A stretch of 50,856 nucleotides of DNA from Atractiella rhizophila. Its lineage: Eukaryota. The stretch's first letter is position 1. Each line of letters starts with the position of its first letter. The notes beneath the pieces were generated by a model. The model ran no database searches, was not told the DNA's origin, and saw only the letters and a program-made list of their open reading frames with translations. This document shows, in pieces, positions 1-15,852 of the stretch. The position numbers and the translations under genes are program-made. The DNA is taken from contig MU271523.1 of assembly GCA_021432655.1 (NCBI GenBank), positions 1 to 50,856 of the forward strand, in the 5' to 3' direction.

Positions 1-995
1 GTTTCCCGGTCCTTCTCTCCTTCCTCTCCCCCATCCTTATATTTGAAAAGTCCACTCAAAGTCCAACCAATCCTCCCCTCCCTCCACAGTTCCATTACCA
101 CACACCCCGCACTGAACACATCCATAGCCTCCGTCACTTTTCCATCCCTCTTTCCCATCTCCAACTCCGCCTTCTTCTTCGCCACCTCACTCCCTGCGGC
201 GTAGAACCGTTCGGGGGCAATGTAGCAAGCACGACGAGAGGAGGTGTCGAAGAAGTATGAGAAGTCGGATGGGTTGTCGATGGGCAAGTAGGTAGGTTTG
301 AAGGGGGCAAAGTCGGAGAGGTACAGGTGGAGAGAGGTTGTGAGGAGGATGTTCTCGCTCTTGATGTCGCCGTGAGAAATCTGCACCTCTCCTCAGTGGC
401 AGGCTCACAAACTCAGAAGGAACAAGAAAATACCTTCGCCTCTCGACAATCCCTTAGGGCAGTCAGAAGCTGAAAGACGATCCATTTCTTCTCCACCTCC
501 TTGAGAAACGGACGAGTCGAAATTCGATCGTAAAGGCTGATATGTTTCCACGAACGAATGAGGTATCCTGCCTTCTCAGTCTCGAGTATTCGATCGTAAG
601 GCAAGACATTAGGTATGAGAGCGAGCTCTTCTTTCTCTGCTGTTCCTCATCTAGGGTTATTTATCGTCCTCTTCCTATACGGGTATCGAAATAACACACA
701 TTTGAGCTTCCGAACCAAAGTACGGAGAGAAAGAGAGGTGTCAGGTTTAAGAAAGACCTTTATTACGAGGGCACCTGATCGATGACGACCCTTGATAGTC
801 TTGAGAAAGCGTGAGCTTGAAAGTCTGGGAACAGGTAAAAGACAGTAAGCTTCAGACAACCAGAATGGAAGCAGAGGTGCATGAAGGAGACGATACTTAC
901 GATTTGTCGTATTCGAGGTCGCCGCCGAGCTCAGATAGGTAGGAGGTGGGAAGAACGATGCTTGGACGAGCGAGGGTGGAGAGATTCTGACCCAT
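1..995 (-). CDS. VPS15: Vps15/PIK3R4 kinase-like regulatory subunit of PI3K class III; 5' part only, gene runs off the left edge
   Basis: ATG at 995. Manual splicing gives MGQNLSTLARPS...DLEYDKSLSSSRFLKTIKGRHRSGALVIKVFLKPD...YLIRSWKHISLYDRISTRPFLKEVEKKWIVFQLL...SHGDIKSENILL. Gly2 (myristoylation site) and the YDRISTRPFL motif are hallmarks of Vps15. Confidence 0.95.
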
Positions 996-1677
996 CGCTT
1001 AGAACTAGCAATAATATAAAGCTCAGTAATGGCACATTCTGATTATGTGTGAGTGAGCGATGCTAGAGGAACGAGCAAGACTGGACAGCCTGAGTATTAG
1101 GTCTCAAGGCTATTCCACGTCGTTCTGTATGTTCGGGACTAAAAACGCGCTGCGCCTACTACCATAACGAAGACTGCTTTGCTCTTTTGCATACACGGAG
1201 GCAGCCCTAAAGCAAGTTGCCTCCAAGCTCGTGCACCCAGCGCTGGTAGAGCAAACACGCACATCAAGTCCAACTTCACTATACACAATACCTAGCTTGC
1301 AATGACCTATTATATCTTTAAGCTATCTCTCCCTCACAGTTCCTTCCCTACAGAGTCACTTCTCGTTTGGTGTTGGTCGAAATAAAAGCAGATTAGAACA
1401 CTACCCGACCTACCCTCTCGGCTCCGGACCGATCGACAATTTGAACAATTTCTGGTTGAGAGAGCCACCTTTGGCTCGTGTTCTGTGCGAGGAGACCTTG
1501 CATTGGTGTGTTCCATCACTTACTGGCAGTCTCTGAGTCCCACCACGCAGCCCCTGACACAAAATTAGCAGTCGGCGAGCGAATCGACCCCTATCCTCGA
1601 GTTCGACGCCCAATTCAGCATTTTGTCTCCATATCTACCTAACGTAGCTCAATCTAGAATATATCCAGCAACACAAG

Positions 1678-3051
1678 ATGGCTACATCTACAGCGCCTGC
1701 AATCTCTAAACGTCGACGGATTCTCTCCCTCCCTCCCCTTCCCGTTGCAGTCTTCCGCTCAAAGTCTCAACCTTCCACAGAAAGCCCCTCCCAATCCCTG
1801 TCCCTAGAAGACTCAGAAGATCCAGAACAAGGGTTACCCGCGCTTATCGTCAGCGAGCCAGAATCAGCATCCACTCCGCCTACACCCATATCTCCCCTGT
1901 CTGCTTCCGCAGAAGCTCCCTCGAATTCGAAAGAGAACGCGAAGGCCCCGTTTTGGGGAATGAAGAAATTCGGTTCCTCCACCACAAACGTCTCTACGCC
2001 CCTCGTGCAGGGCGTGAACGCACGCGCGGGTCTCAAATTGAAACGATCTCCACAATCGCAGTCCAACAGCGCTGCAGCCTCCGCCCTTGCCATCTACTCA
2101 TTCATTTCCGGTACTTCTCCCGACTCCGGGAAGAACAAAGCAGATTTAAATAAAGTCAAAAGCCAATTGACGAAACCGGACAAGGCTAGACGAATCGTGG
2201 GAGAGCTCAAGCGAATACAGAAACCTCCTACGAAGGAGGCGGATGGAAGAAAGAAGGGTGTTGGAGTCGGCGTGGCCGGAAAGGAGAGGGATGAGGAGGA
2301 AGAAGCTTTGTTGAAGAATGCGAAGAAGATATGTCTTGAATGCGGGGAGGAGGATGTCGTGAAGCTGTCATCAAAGAAGCTCGATGGAGACGCGAAGGAT
2401 TCACAGCCTCACGTCCATCCTCCCCAACGTGCCAACTCTGCTCCTCCCCCAGACACTGGCTTTCAGAACCTTCTCGCCCTCCCAGGCTTCATTCCATCCC
2501 CCGGTGACATTGTTGGACAAGCCGGCACATCCTCTGGTGCCTACAGCGTGATGGCTGATGTGTCAGCCACTTTGGTCAACGCGACGGGGAGAGAGGTAGG
2601 AGATGTACCAGTGGATCGTATGAGCGTTTTTATTTGTGAGTCCTCTACCTTTCCACTTCTATCCATCTCTCGTTCCCCCTTTATTATTGCAGAATGCTCA
2701 ATGGACATTGTGACTCAATAGATTGGTGGGGATATGAACTTTTCCTCCCGCCTCCGACCATACGCTACCTATCTACGGTCCACTCCGTCTCTGGAACGTT
2801 CTTCACCTTTCTCTCGACCTTTGCGACGGCAGGAGGAGCAGCGGAACTCACGCCGTTCATAAGGTACCTGAGTATGTGGGCTGACATGGAGTGGAAGGTG
2901 CGTTCCGAATTCCCAGAAGCGAACGTGATGTATGACTTTGCTATAACCCTGGGCATAGGCGATAACAAGTCAGGATAAAGGAAATGGTGTCATTCTCGCC
3001 GCTACTTGGGTCCTCCCCGTAGCTATCGTCCCGAGAGCTTGGGATGTTTAG
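1678..3051 (+). CDS. Conserved fungal hypothetical protein with a low-complexity N-terminus and a C-terminal domain (WWGYEL...GNGVILAATWVLPVAIVPRAWDV)
   Basis: 347-aa ORF from ATG 1678, then two GT-AG introns (~2636-2721 and ~2898-2955) joining the 2694..2978 frame and a final exon ending at TAG 3049-3051. Confidence 0.75.
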
Positions 3052-3667
3052 CCCTTCTTTTTACATCTCTCCAGTGATGACACTTACGGCTGAACGTTGA
3101 ACGATTGATACGACATCACGATAAGAGATGAGTATCTTTATTGATCAGTTGTGTTGCATTTTTTGGACTCGGACGATTTCTGGCCCTGTCACTGAAGGTC
3201 GATGTTGACGATGCTGTTCTTTCCACAGTAGCTAGTCGACCTACATTTCGCTCGTAATTATATTCCCATCACGGAATGATTGATGCTCCTACCAGACCTG
3301 TGATTCTCGTCGAACATTCCGTGTGCCTATCGCGCCTCCTCCGCTTCCTTCCCTGTTCCCGTGCACTCTCAAACGCTTCACCTTTACCACTTCAGCCCCT
3401 AGCCAATCTGGATTCTTGGCCGCCCTCCGGCGTCGTCGTTAGGTCGGACAGTCCATCCGGCTATTGGTCAGTTCTGTGCCTGAGTGAGCGTGCGGGGCTA
3501 TTCAGATTCAGGATGTCAAAACGACTGTGGTCACCGGATTTAGCAGAGGGGGAAGAAGCGGATAAAAGACCATCCATCTCCTTTCTCCCCCCTTCTCAAT
3601 TTCCCCCCTCCCTTTGAGCCTGACTTTGAGCATTTCGTCGAAAGCGCGCGAGCCTCAGAAAGCCATA

Positions 3668-5363
3668 ATGCCACTCGAATTACCTGACTATAAAGACTTG
3701 CCTCATCTTCCTGGTACGCTCTTTCCCTCATTTGACTGGTTGGTAGTTGACGGTACTGGTTCAGATCATCCTGAGTACCCTGGATGTGCCTGTAAGCGAC
3801 CGATATTTCAACTCTCTCCCTGCTATTTCACTGAACACCTCCTGACAGGGGGACTCTTTGGGAAGGATGACGAACTGGGCACTGTGAACCTTCTTACTGA
3901 CGATGTTGTGAAGGAAGCAGCGCAAGAAATTAAGAAGGGACGAGCTGTGTCTCTCAATTGGTTCGTCTTCCCTTGCTGGACAGTCAGAAGAATCACTTCT
4001 GACTTCTGGAAAGGGCATTCCACCTCCCACTTGCTGTCAGCTTTTCTATCTTGACTAGTGAATCCTCAAATCGTGATCATAGCCTTCGTTCCATCGTGAG
4101 GGCTTGACGCACAAGTTCATCATCAACTATCCTGGTATGGCTGTAAGGGATGACCATCTCACCATTAACTCCCAAGCTGGTGAGCTTTTCCACACTTCCT
4201 GAGAGTGTATAACTGAAGACGGCGTAGGTACGCAATGGGGTAAGCATTTGTCGCAACCTGGAACGTACTCATGAAACATCACCGCTTTTTCAGATGGTAT
4301 GTCCTTTCCAGAGATACTCAAGGTCTGCATTGAGCGTTCAAACCATAGGACTCCGACATTTTGGCGTTCTTGCTACTGGAGTATTCTACAACGGTCTCAA
4401 AGAGGACGCGATCAAAGTCGGGGAGTTCAAAGCACATACCGCTTCTTCAGCGGATGACACGAAACTGGGCATCCATAGTGCGTCTCTTCATATCCACGCT
4501 TCTTTCCCTGACATACAACGTTAAGATCTTGCGAAACACGGCGTCAATGGCAGAGGTGTCCTCCTCGATCTTCCGCGTTATTTCGCCTCCCTCAATCCGC
4601 CCAGAGAACCCATCAAGCCACTGACCTCGACCGCTATCCCTGTAAAGGACCTCGAGGACTGTGCGAAGTGGGCCGGCGTTACATTTCGCAGAGGAGACAT
4701 ATTGCTCATCCGCGTTGGCTTCATCAAAGCTTATGGCGAGCTGGACGACAACGTGAAGGCTAATCCGTTGAAAGAAGAATTGTTCGCTTACCCCAATCCT
4801 CCTTCTCTCTTTCTTTCCACTACTTGGCGATTAATTGGCGGTTGCTGTTGGGAACAGTGCAGGAATTGAGCAGAGCGAGGAAATGAAGGCCTTCTTGTGG
4901 AATAATCACTTTGCTGCATGTTCGTCCCCTCTTTCTACGTCATCCGATGCTGCTCAGGCGCTTGTCACTAGTGGCATCAGATCAACCCTCTCTCGAAAGG
5001 TGGCCACCGCCGGAGGGACAGAAGTACCTCCACGAGACTATTCTCGGTCTCTGGGGCTGTCCAATTGGAGAAATGTTCGACTTGGAAGAGTTATCGAAGG
5101 TGAGGGTTTGGGGTATTGGAATGAAATGGAAATCAGAGCTGATAGACTCGTTTTCGAAGGTATGCTCGGAGGAGAAGAGGTGGTCGTTCTTTTTTACGAG
5201 CTGGGTATGTCTTCTTTCATTTTTAACAGTTCAAAAAACTTACCTTTCATGATGCAGCCATTGAATGGTTAGGATTTTTTTCCACCTTGTTTTGTTTCGT
5301 CTAATTCTAGGGATAGTTGTTGGCGGAATTGCCAGCCCTCCGAACGCCGGAGCTTTCTTTTAA
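3668..5363 (+). CDS. Cyclase-family (kynurenine formamidase-like) metal-dependent hydrolase, multi-exon
   Basis: Spliced product contains CAWGLFGKDDELGTVNLLT, SLNW, NSQAGTQWDGLRHFG, GRGVLLD, GDILLIRVG, LHETILGLWGCPIGEMFDLEEL and GGIASPPNA; stop at 5361-5363. Confidence 0.9.
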
Positions 5364-5537
5364 TCAGACAATGTGTTCACAAATGTATCAAAGAAGGTCA
5401 TGGAATAATGGACCAATGTCGTCGTAAATAGGTTGCGCTGCACTTGCTTGCTTATCCAACGAGGGGTTAATTCAGAGAGAGTTCACGCAATCAATCCCAA
5501 CTCATCGATGTGACGCTGTCTAACCAATAGATTACCC

Positions 5538-6905
5538 TCAATGTGTATCCAAATCCCAAGGTAAGTATCCTCTAAAAACATGATCCCCACCATAAGGACA
5601 CCAATTGAGAACGTCCCTAAGAGGAGGATTGCTCTCCCAATACCCACTAAATCGTCTCCATGGGTTCCTGCGCCTCTTCTTTTCCACCAGCGTCCCATGA
5701 CACCCATACATGTCCGCCGCGAACATATCTCTCGTCCTCGACTCTCCATTCACCTGCTGAGAGGTGGGCGGAAGATCGTCGTCGTCTATCCCAATGTAGT
5801 GTATTCGGGAAGAAGGAAAACGGAGGGCGTGAGCGTGGAGAGAAAGGAAACGACTGGATTTGAAGCTGTATCCGACTATGGTAATTTTTGAGGGATAGTG
5901 TGAGGTGTATTCATAGAAGCGGCAGAGGGAATATAGGAGGTTGGTCAGTGAATCTAGTGCATATTCTTCCTGCACACGAAACGAAAACAGCTTGAATATT
6001 CGATTCATTTGTGAATAAGGAGAGGACGGACGCTTGTTGTTCTCTCTAGTAAATCCGCCAATCCACGCTCCTCCCTCTCCTGTCCTTCTTCTGCATGCCT
6101 CATCTCCCAGGCAAGCTTATGTAACTCCAAAGTCTTAGCTATGAGCCAGTAACTGCCACCTTCGCTGAGGTTTGGAAACTCTTCGCGGGTCTGACCCCCC
6201 GAAAAGACAAGTAGAGCGTTCCGGTCTTGAGCTAGTAGCTCCACGCTAACTTGTTGCCAATGAGATCCAGCGTTTTGAACAGAGACAGACAAACCCTTTT
6301 GAGATATGTGAGAGGAAGGTGTGTGGTGATGTACGCGACTGGAACGACTCCAATGCCCAGTTGGAGGGATCGAGTAGCGCGGTGCGGTTGGACTCGCTGA
6401 GCGGTCCATGGTATATTGCGTGACCTAAACACCACACAGCGAAAGTCCCCCAAAAACAAAAGAGTTAGCAAACCGCGCACCCGGTACTAGGATGAGATGC
6501 GACAGGTGTTTTTCTGTCTCTCGAGTCGGCGTCAACGGTGGTTCTTTCTGAGCTTCAACTCAGCCCATCCAGTTGATTTCGACAGAGGGAAAGCTTACAA
6601 TGTCGCAAGATGGATTCGAGTAGGCGACCCAATGTCGTATATGCATTAGAACTGCAACCGTGCAAAGTGCAAGAAGCCCAAGGAGAGCAAGATTTGTAAT
6701 TCTGCTCCTTTGGCGCAACCAAACCTTCCACACAAATATTCATCACCATCCTAGGCCCTGAATCACAAAACAAGCTACATACTCGATAAGAAGAGGTCTC
6801 ATAATCCCTTCCTTGAGGTGGAAAAGAAAATTGTCGAAACCGAGAATTCGCTGACACTGAGGGAGGACGACGCCGTCCTGAGATTGATGCGTGAAGGGGA
6901 AGCAT
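5538..6905 (-). CDS. DUF218 / YOR238W-like protein with a probable N-terminal membrane anchor
   Basis: Spliced HLILVPGHAIY, LLVFSGGQTR..SEGGSY, EEYALDSLTNLLYSLCRFYEYT..YPSKITIVGYSFKSSRF..LH and KKRRRNPWRR. Hydrophobic stretch LALLGLLALCTVAVLM near the N-terminus. Confidence 0.85.
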
Positions 6906-7500
6906 GTCTGCCTCGCTCTTGTAGCCCCTCTATTTGTGTCCGTCTTGCTCCCTGTAGCCAATAACTCCAGAGCCAAGCAACTCCTTCACTCGCGCTGGAC
7001 CTTTCTAGTCAGGCTCTAGTTTGTAGTGCTTCATCTACTGAATCGACAAAGTAGCAAGAGGAACTTGAACAGGCTAGTGGCTGGAAGAGTTGGCATATCG
7101 TGTATTAGATTCATTGTGCATCTGGTGAGCTAGCTCTGTAGATGAACTCCGTGTTCTTGAGACGTGTATTTCCCAAGTGGAGTTCCCCGATGGCATCCTT
7201 CATGAGTGAGGAATCTGGGGATGCGCACACCGTGGCATCGTCTGGGGGGTCCCTATCACATAAGTTGGAGATGTGGCTAGTCATAATGCGTTCCTCAACG
7301 CGTTCAGCACCTGCAATACAACACTTCAGACAGACGGTAGACGCGAAAGACGCATCTTTGGTATTTCAAACCTGACTCTCCCCTCAAGTTCAGATGAGAA
7401 AGCAAGCCCACATCTTGTGACTCGGACTCGCCGCTTCCCCTTCCTTGCTGAAGCGATCTGAAATCAAGCTGTAAGAGGTGGGAGAGTTCAATATTGCAAG

Positions 7501-10500
7501 ATGTCGCACCAGCTTCAGCTAGCCAGACGTCCTGGACTTGGGGTCAAAGGAACGAGGATAAATAATGTTACTGTGAACGCGTTCAAAGTGAAGAGACCTA
7601 CCGGGACAGTCCACCACTATGACGTCTGTCCCACTCTCCTCTTTTCATAACACACCAATAAGCTCTTGAAGGTCACGATTGTCGATGATAGAGGACGAGG
7701 AGATCTCCCAGCTGCTTTAGGGAGAAGAATTTTCGGAGAGTTGGAGGCAGGAAGAGCATTTGGGAACGCCGCGGTGGCCTTTGATGGAAAGAAAAATATG
7801 TATGCGAATAAGGAGATTGGGGAGTTGGCTGGTGCGGGAAGCGCTGTATGTCCCTGATCTGCTCTCACTTTTGGAAAGATATGGATGTGTATTGATGCAC
7901 CAACATGATTAGAGAGAGGTCGATTTGAACGAAGATGGCAGGACAAAACGTTTCAAAGTCAAGGTAAAACTTCCCCGTTCGGATCTCATGGAATAATGTC
8001 CTGATATGCCTGCTTCCAATCCAGTTCCAATATGTGGCCCCGATAGACCTTCGAGTCCTCGTACAAACTCAAGGCGTTCAACCAGCTGACATGCAGAGGG
8101 CGATAAACGCTCTGCAAATGGTCATTCTGCACAGTGTTCGTCTAACCTGTCCCCAACACACAAATGTTGATTCCATTTGTTTAGCCAATGATGAAATACA
8201 TCAGTGTACGCACTAAGTTCTTTCCCGATCCTGTTTCCAGCGAGAGTACTGGGAGCCTTGGAGGTTGTCTTGAGATCTGGAGAGGGTATTCAGTGTGGGC
8301 CGCCCCTCTGTAGCTCATACAATCGCTGAAGCAAACAACAGTTCCCTCCGTCCCACTCCTGGCGGACTTATTCTTAACGTCGACACGACGAGCATCCCTC
8401 TTTTACGCCAAGGCAATTTATCACAAGTTTGTCAAGCATATCTCCAGGAAAAATATCGGAATGCAGCACCGCGATTGGACAACATGACTGGTCCCCAGAA
8501 GGTGGAACTGGGGAGGTTCTTGAGAGGTGTCAAGATTCGAACTTCCGGTTATGTGAGTTCCTCTCTCGATGAGCTGAAAGTTTCTGAGCATGCGAGGGCA
8601 GGTCCAAACAAGGTCCTACACGATAAAGGGGTTGGGAGACAGTGCTAGTAAAATATTGTTTGAGCATAACGGGAGAAAAATCAATGTCCAAGTCAGTTCC
8701 TTCGATTTTCGCATTAATTAGTATAGCTGAGATGTGAAACAGACTTACTTTCGACAGAACTATCAGCTCAATTTGCAACAACCCAACTTGGCACGCTTAC
8801 TCCCACTTTTTAGACCTAACCTTTCTAAAGTATTTTCTAGCCTTGTGTCAAAGTGTCGGCTACAGCTTTTCTTCCTATGGAAGTTTGCCAGATCCAGCCG
8901 GTTTGTCCTCTTCTCTCTGAATCACAAGGCATGACCTAACGTCAGTGATGAGTAGAAGCAAAAGTGGGGAAAGAAGCTTACACCTGAACAGACAAAGGAC
9001 GCCTTGAATTTCATCAAGAAGGCCCCTAATGTCAGGATGGGTGACATCAAAGGTGGTCTCCAGTTCCTGTTCCCAACCACCGGACCTAGGTGAGCTTTCC
9101 GTACCAAAAGATTTACGAAATCTGATACGATCACTAGTCCGAGAAGCTGGGGCATGGACGTCGAATCTAGGGACCTCATGAAGGTTCAAGCGAGAGTTCT
9201 GCCTCCGCCGACCTTGAATCAGACTTCTGGTAACCAACCCTTCAAGCCGACGCCTGGAGCATGGGAAATCAAAGGGAAGAAGTTCGAGGTAGGATCAGCC
9301 ATCAAACATTGGCTCGCAATTGTTTTCGGAGGTCCACGACAAATGGGGGAGATCCAGCAATCGACTGCCTTGGCTGACCTTCGCAGAGCCTGTGCTGACT
9401 GTGGTAAGGATCTTGATCTCGTGTGGAACAATTTAACGAAGTGAACCAGGCATCCAGTTTCACAGCCAAGCAGCACCAGCTTTGGTCCACTTCAGTGACA
9501 GACAACAAATCAATCCAGTGACACTCAAACAATTTTTGATGAAGGCTTCTCCAGGGCAGAAGACGGACCTCATCATCTGCTTTCTGGGGCCAGGTACACC
9601 AGATTCCACCTACGCTGCGTAAGATTCATCATGGCAAACTTTTCCACCGGTGGCTACAGTGACATTGACCTAATTTATCACAGGATCAAATGGATGACGG
9701 ACATTGATCTCGGGATTGCCTCCCAATGTCTCGATATGAAAAAAAGTAAGAAGTGGGGCAGGCAATATTGGGAGAAGTGAGCCTACTTGCACATCCCTAT
9801 GAATTCTTGTGGAACAGACCTCAAAGTCTAGCTTTGAAGATAAATGTGAAGCTTGGCGGGAGAAATCATTCGGTTCATTCTTCATCCTTGCCTCAAGTCT
9901 TCCAGAAAGAGCCTACAATAATCTTTGGTGCGGGTGAGTCTCATATTTAGCTTCAGGACTGTCAAGAGGTTGAAGTAAATTATAGACGTTAATCACCCCA
10001 GTCCGGACTCGTCAGCCCCTTCAATTGTTGGTGTTGTCGCTACAATGGACAAAACCTTTAGCCAATACTCCACTGCCATTGGCGTCCAGACAAGTCAGCA
10101 ATTACCTGTGTTCTCGTTAAGGAACTAACCCTTCCGACACCTCTTGACAGGTCGAGTTGAGATGATGGAAGATCTCGCCACCTTCGTCAAAGTATGGCAG
10201 GTTCCACTTTCAAATAAACGTAAACAACGGGGGTATAGGATCTTGTACTGCAGTTCAAGGCCAAGTTAAATATCTTTCCTAAGCGATTACTCTTCTATCG
10301 CGATGGCATTTCGGAAGGACAGGTGTGCACCTTTTCCACTTGTTAGAATTGCCCAGATTGTGCCTAGTTCCCGATCTGCTTCGAGCAAGAGATCCCAAAG
10401 GTAGTTCGTGAGTGCTTTCTGATTCCTGAAGGGCAAGCTTATACGATATCTAGTTGGGTGCCAACTTGCTGATCCTGCTTGTCGACCTCGGGTCTGTTCA

Positions 10501-11322
10501 CTTTCACTGAATCCTAGCAGGCTAGATAGTTGATGTCGATATTCTAGATCACTTTCATTGTTGTTGGAAAGCGACACAATTTTCGTTTCTCTGCTCAAGC
10601 CCCTGATGGAGATAGAAGCGGCAATCTCAAACCAGGCACCGTTATCGATCAGGGTGTGATTTCAACCAGCGAATGGGACTTTTATCTGAACAGGTACACC
10701 CATCGCTTTCCGTCACAGGCAACCGCTCATTTTGTTTCATCCAGTCATGCTGGTCTTCTTGGAACATCAAAGGTGCGCTTCAAGTCTTATCAATGTCACC
10801 TCTAACCGCAGAGCAGTCCTCTCATTACACAATTCTCGTCGACGAAAACAATCTTTCGGCAGATGATGTGGAAGGACTGTCTTACAACCTCACCTACTCT
10901 TACGCGCGATCCACCCGCTCAGTGTCGATCCGTAAGCATTTCCTGCCCCAATCAGAAGCAGACTAACAGTGTTTTCAGCTCCCCCGGCATACGTGAGTGC
11001 ATTCAACTGCTAGCACAATCGGCCTGATGCAACATAAGTATGCACATCATGTCTGCACCAGAGCGAAGGTTCGCCCTTCATAAATCATTTCTTTCCTCAT
11101 GCACTGCCTTAATAGCTGCTGCTTTCCCACGCAACGGGAACCGGAGACACTGAATCCGTGGCCACGTCGGGGGATAGGAGCTTGGAGGAGGGACGGATGC
11201 TGCAACAATACCGTGGGAAACTGAAACAAGTTCACGACGACATTCGACGAGTATGTGACTTTTTCATAACAGATTGATCACTGAATATCTGCACCCAGGG
11301 ACAAAAGTTGTATTTCATGTGA
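7501..11322 (+). CDS. Argonaute (N-PAZ-MID-PIWI), ~25 introns, DEDH slicer tetrad
   Basis: Continuous frame after manual splicing: RRPGLG, AFDGKKNMY, LRPT..LILNVD, PCVKV..FLPMEVC, ARVLPPP, YAAIK, SQC, NLALKINVKLGG, IIFGADVNHP, QTSRVEMM, YRDGISEGQF, VGKRHNFRF, PGTVID, SHAGLLGTSKSSHY, ARSTRSVSIPPPAYYAHHVC, ending KLYFM; stop at 11320-11322. Confidence 0.96.
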
Positions 11323-12611
11323 GCTCAGTAGCAAACTTAGTACAAGATTTTCTTGCTGTTCATTATGTTAGGAGGGCGGTAAGGATGTTTGTTGTGTTTA
11401 TTGGACACCATCGATAAAAACCTTGTTACACGGCCTATTCTAGCCTGCCCATGAGAGAACTAAGGACGGAGCACTCTGGCTCTGGCCGGGATCATTTTCA
11501 TGATATCCAGCGTCCATGATATAATTTGTCACCGGCTGCAACAGTCATTAATAAGTCTATTTCTTAAACCGAACCTGGGCTCCAAATCATTGCTGTAAAT
11601 TACTGAACAGTTCCCAAAACTGCTATCAATGGCGGACACGGACATCCACGATGTTGCAGCAATCGGCGCTGCAAGAGGCATGGAAGCTAATCGGATATGA
11701 CATTATGAGATATCAGCACATCAGCAAAAGACGAATCAGAAATAAACCCTCCTCGCATCACACCGCATTCGGCTGCATCAGTGCTCGATCCTATCTTCAC
11801 TGACAATAGTACAGGAACAGTACTGCTTCCTGATTGCTTCGGTTAGCAAGGAAAGGTGAAATGCCGATATCGCGATCTTTGGTTTGGCTTGCACCTTGCT
11901 TGCTTTGGCGAGAATCTTCCGAATCGAATCCGGAGGGGTCTGCACTCCGCTGCAATGCAGGTCCAAGCGCAGCCAATCAATTAATACATTGATTCCTACT
12001 TGGAGTTCGACCGAGTTGTACCATTCAAATTTTCGCCCCAATCCCCGTCAACGAGCTGCCAATCTCCTCGATTGTCACCATTGCTCTTTCGGACGCCAGC
12101 CACCCGAAGAACCAAACATTCAGGTCTCAGGATCATAAAAATGAAGCAGGATGGTGGGAATCGAGTAGAGTTTGGAATTATGGAGCTGGATTTGGGGTGT
12201 TCATGGTTAATAGGATTAAGCTTTAATATGTGGTGCGGAAATACTCTGCTGAGATCGGATAGTGCCAGTAGAACGGATCGCTGCTGAGCGTGATCCTGTC
12301 AATCGATCAAATGCTCCCCTCAGACATGCTTGCAGATTGCAGAGAAGCTTTGATGCATGATCCGTGTTGATAGACGTGATTTTCCACGCCAACATTTCAT
12401 TGAGAGAATGAGCATCCAAAGTACCTCAAAATCTTCTGTCTGATGCATCTGATGTTCTTTACATTTTGACCGACCTTTTCACCTTTCCCTATCGGTTTCT
12501 TTCCCCAGACTCGTTTACCTGAATTTGTACATCTAGGTCGGGGTTAACCCTCAAATGGAAATGGAAGAAGGAGCCGTCCGTAGTTTAACAGTCGTGGTGA
12601 ACAACTTTGGA

Positions 12612-12618
12612 TATATAA
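12612..12618 (+). promoter_or_regulatory. Putative TATA box of the halogenase gene
   Basis: TATATAA ~70 nt upstream of ATG 12686. Confidence 0.5.
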
Positions 12619-12685
12619 GGGGAGCTCATCGGACGAACCGTCCCTCACCTCTCAAAGTTGGCTTTTGCTTTGTGACGATTTGAAG

Positions 12686-15217
<2,532 letters not shown>

Positions 15218-15852
15218 ATGATGTTCACGCTCTAATTTCTGTACGTTTACCAATGTTGTCGTCCTTCTTCTTGCTTGATACCTACTCCATTGTTCCCGGT
15301 CATTCGTTCACATCGAGACAAGCCTTACGAACGCAACGTATAGTAATGCATGCAATGCCAATTCGTTTTCAATAAATCTGTGGCACTGACTCTACGCAGA
15401 AAACCGTATACGTATCGTGTGCACGTAGTATCTATTCGTTGAGTGAGGAAAGTAAGATGCGGAATGCTATTCGTGCACTATTTTCGTTTTCGACGCCTCA
15501 GCGGAGCACAACATTGGGAGCTAGTAGTAGTATCATCCGGACGTAAGAATGTAGCGGCCACTGGAACGCAAGAGGGCATTGGTCTATTGACAATTCATTA
15601 TTAAATTGATTTCTGGTTGGATATGGACGAAATAAATGGGATAGCTCTAACTTTGAGAATGCGAATGAGCAGGAAAATGCAAACAACAAGTCAATGAATC
15701 AGCCAACTCACGGGTAGAAAATTACTGGAAGTGAACATATACACAATCGACGTATCTACAGATCATCGAATAAAGAAGATTAGGTGAAAGCCAATGTTAA
15801 TAAGAAATAGATTGGACGTTTATACGTAGAGTCAACTTTCGTTTCCTTCCCT

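Noticed and set aside
3074..3194. Possible C/D-box snoRNA (GTGATGA ... CTGA)
   Set aside because: Lies in a probable 3' UTR with no convincing terminal stem or recognisable rRNA guide; such short boxes occur by chance.
11330..12600. Short ORFs between Argonaute and the halogenase
   Set aside because: No consistent splice model or recognisable domain; treated as intergenic.
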